From an uncultured virus (IMG/VR IMGVR_UViG_3300042879_005846) (taxonomy: Duplodnaviria > Heunggongvirae > Uroviricota > Caudoviricetes), in the IMG/VR virus record IMGVR_UViG_3300042879_005846: a DNA stretch of 64,000 nucleotides, one strand, 5' to 3'. The notes under the pieces are model-generated. The model was not told the DNA's origin and searched no databases. It was given only the letters and a program-made list of their open reading frames with translations. The position numbers were made by a program, and so were the translations under genes. Below, piece after piece: positions 61,592-64,000 of the stretch (its first letter is position 1; each line of letters starts with the position of its first letter).

Positions 61592-62920
61592 TTGAATTAT
61601 TTTAAGAATGTGAAGCTATTTCTAAAATATATTTTTTCCCTACTATTTTCAACTTGTTGGTTGCTTATAAGTGTTTATTTATCCTATCCTTGGGTTTGTG
61701 AAATTGCAAATTATATTGGATTTTTCTTAGCTTGGACTGTAGTACTTGGTATATCATTACTACCAGGTGTAGCTCTCTCATTTGTGGGTATTTCACTTTA
61801 TATTGATAATAGACCAAGACACAAATTAGAAAAAAATCAACTACCACCAATCTCAATTCTGATAGCAGCTTATAATGAAGAACAAACTATTTATTCAACT
61901 TTACAAAGCATTTACTCCCAAAAATATCCAAGCGATTTTGAAATTGTTATAGTTAGTGATGGTTCCAAAGATAAAACAATTGAGTTTGTGAAACTCTTTG
62001 AAAAAAATAATGGTTGTAGAAATTTAATAATCATTGATAATGAGGAAAACAAAGGAAAAGCTCTTGTATTAAATCAGGGATTAGAATATTGTAAATATGA
62101 ACTAATTGTTGGTGTAGATGCTGATTCAATGTTACATGATTTAGCTCTTGAAAAAATAATACAAACAATGGTTGGGTCTGATGAAGATTATGCTGCTGTT
62201 GCTGGAACCATTCTTTGTAGAAATTACAAAAAATCATTCATTGCTAGATTACAATATTGGGATTATTTGATAGGTATTTCCTCAATCAAAAGAATACAAT
62301 CAATGTACCAAGGCACATTAGTAGCTCAAGGAGCTTTTTCTGTTTATAAAAAATCTATACTAAAAGAAATTGGAGGTTGGCCTAATAAAATAGGTGAGGA
62401 TATTGTTCTAACTTGGAATATTTTGGACAGAAACCACAAAGTTGGTCACTCAGAACATGCTATTTGTTTTACAAATGTACCAGAAACCTATAAGGGGTTT
62501 TATAATCAAAGAAAAAGATGGTCAAGAGGATTGATTGAAGCTTTTTTTTCCTACCCAAAATTATTATTTAAAAAAAGAAAGTCTACATTTTTTATATGGT
62601 ATAATTTGTTTTTCCCATTTATAGATTTTATTTTCATGTTTGTATTTTTTCCTGGTGTGATTGCAGCATTATTTTTCAAATTTTACCTGGTTGCTGGAAT
62701 TATTACCATACTACAAATCCCATTAGCTATTATTTATAATGCAACTATATTTTTCATCCAAAAACAAAGTTTAAAAGAGGAAAAACTCAGTTTACCAAGT
62801 GGTATGTGGTTGACTTCTATAGTTTATATTATTATTTATCAACTAATAATGACACCAGCTACGCTGGATGGATACTTATCAGAATTATTGAATAAAAAGA
62901 AAACTTGGGGCGATGAATAA
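61592..62920 (+). CDS. Processive GT2 glycosyltransferase (PgaC/IcaA-like)
   Basis: AAYNEE, DGSKD, GKA, VDAD, GED and QRKRW motifs, with flanking TM helices. Confidence 0.9.
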   Translation: MNYFKNVKLFLKYIFSLLFSTCWLLISVYLSYPWVCEIANYIGFFLAWTVVLGISLLPGVALSFVGISLYIDNRPRHKLEKNQLPPISILIAAYNEEQTIYSTLQSIYSQKYPSDFEIVIVSDGSKDKTIEFVKLFEKNNGCRNLIIIDNEENKGKALVLNQGLEYCKYELIVGVDADSMLHDLALEKIIQTMVGSDEDYAAVAGTILCRNYKKSFIARLQYWDYLIGISSIKRIQSMYQGTLVAQGAFSVYKKSILKEIGGWPNKIGEDIVLTWNILDRNHKVGHSEHAICFTNVPETYKGFYNQRKRWSRGLIEAFFSYPKLLFKKRKSTFFIWYNLFFPFIDFIFMFVFFPGVIAALFFKFYLVAGIITILQIPLAIIYNATIFFIQKQSLKEEKLSLPSGMWLTSIVYIIIYQLIMTPATLDGYLSELLNKKKTWGDE

Positions 62921-63827
62921 GTTATTGTTTTTACTTATCTTTTTTATTCCAATAGAAGTATTTTCACAAAGAGAGTTTTTCTCAAGTTCATTTATTTCAG
63001 TTGATAATGAAAATCAAATAAATATTAGTTCTAATCAAGGTATTTCAACAGAACTTGACTCATTATTCAAGAAGGATTCAATATTTATAAAAAGGAAAAC
63101 TTTTGTTGGTATATCAAATGGAATCAGATATTATAAAACTAATATAAATGAACCCACTTATTACTTCAATGAGTCAAAAATTTACATAAAATCAACACCA
63201 TTCAAAAGATTTACAACAATTTTCAATCCATCATTACTTATATCTAAAAACTTCTCAACATTTTCATATGAGTTTTCATCAAGCTATCAAATAAAAAAGT
63301 TTTATTTTGAAGCTTCTTCTGAAAGAGATTTAGTTGGAGCAAGAGCACTTATGGTCAACTTGGTTTCAAACTATTATGGATTATCTGTTGATTATAATTT
63401 CTTTAAAGGATTTACTTTGGTAGGTGGATACCAATATAATTACATAAATGACAATAATAAAAGACATTTTTTACTTAGTAGACTAATTTATACTTTATCA
63501 AATGAAAAAATATACTTTGATTTTAGAACAAAAGATATGAGAGGTGGTACTTGGAGTCCTTATTATTTCAGTCCAGAAAAAATATCCCAAAGACAAATTG
63601 GATTTGGATTTAATGATAGTTTTTTCCAAGATAAAATGGCTTTTGGTGGATATTTAGGTACTGGAGTACAAACAATTGATACACAGTCTATGTATTTATT
63701 GGTGGTTGATTTCAAATTTAAAAGTAGAATAACAAAAAAGTTAGTTTCAGAAGGAAACTTTGGTGTTAGAAATTTCAATAAATATATTTATGGTTTTACA
63801 AACTTAAAACTAAAATATATTTTCTAA
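62913..63827 (+). CDS. Putative outer-membrane beta-barrel protein
   Basis: Signal peptide, alternating aromatic beta-strands, YYFSP motif and terminal LKYIF. Confidence 0.65.
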   Translation: MNKLLFLLIFFIPIEVFSQREFFSSSFISVDNENQINISSNQGISTELDSLFKKDSIFIKRKTFVGISNGIRYYKTNINEPTYYFNESKIYIKSTPFKRFTTIFNPSLLISKNFSTFSYEFSSSYQIKKFYFEASSERDLVGARALMVNLVSNYYGLSVDYNFFKGFTLVGGYQYNYINDNNKRHFLLSRLIYTLSNEKIYFDFRTKDMRGGTWSPYYFSPEKISQRQIGFGFNDSFFQDKMAFGGYLGTGVQTIDTQSMYLLVVDFKFKSRITKKLVSEGNFGVRNFNKYIYGFTNLKLKYIF

Positions 63828-63853
63828 TGTATAATATAATCAAATTTTTTATT

Positions 63854-64000
63854 ATGGGTGATATAGACTATTTTATTGGGCAAGTAATGTGGACAAATTT
63901 TATAATGTTCATATGGTTCAATACAGATGCTTTTGTGGACTATCTGTCTTGGACAAAAAAATTTAAATTAAAAGAGTATAAAGAATATACACAGTTAAAT
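63854..64000 (+). CDS. Hypothetical protein, 3'-truncated
   Basis: Open from ATG 63854 to the window end. Confidence 0.5.
   Translation, partial: MGDIDYFIGQVMWTNFIMFIWFNTDAFVDYLSWTKKFKLKEYKEYTQLN

Overview
AT-rich, gene-dense segment of a large T4-like (jumbo-type) phage. It most likely infects Bacteroidota, given repeated TAnnTTTG promoter elements and a protein with a T9SS C-terminal sorting domain. Replication genes: gp61-like primase, the C-terminal subunit of a split family-B DNA polymerase, a probable sliding clamp and nrdB. Virion and lysis genes: gp13-like neck protein, three giant tail-fibre/adhesin genes and two wall hydrolases. Host-like genes: purA, purB, guaC, dnaJ, grpE, infC and tRNA-Leu. 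The main finding is a 40-nt non-coding hairpin insert (8127-8166, minus strand) that splits polymerase motif B (KLVLNGSY|GAF) exactly between Tyr and Gly. The insert has stops in both relevant frames, and the preceding codons fold into a ~115-nt hairpin. This points to programmed ribosomal bypassing or mini-intron removal, and it sits next to a free-standing HNH endonuclease. A promoter-driven, highly structured ~280-nt non-coding RNA candidate lies at ~57795-58077 (minus). All product calls come from motif recognition by eye; no database searches or folding programs were run.
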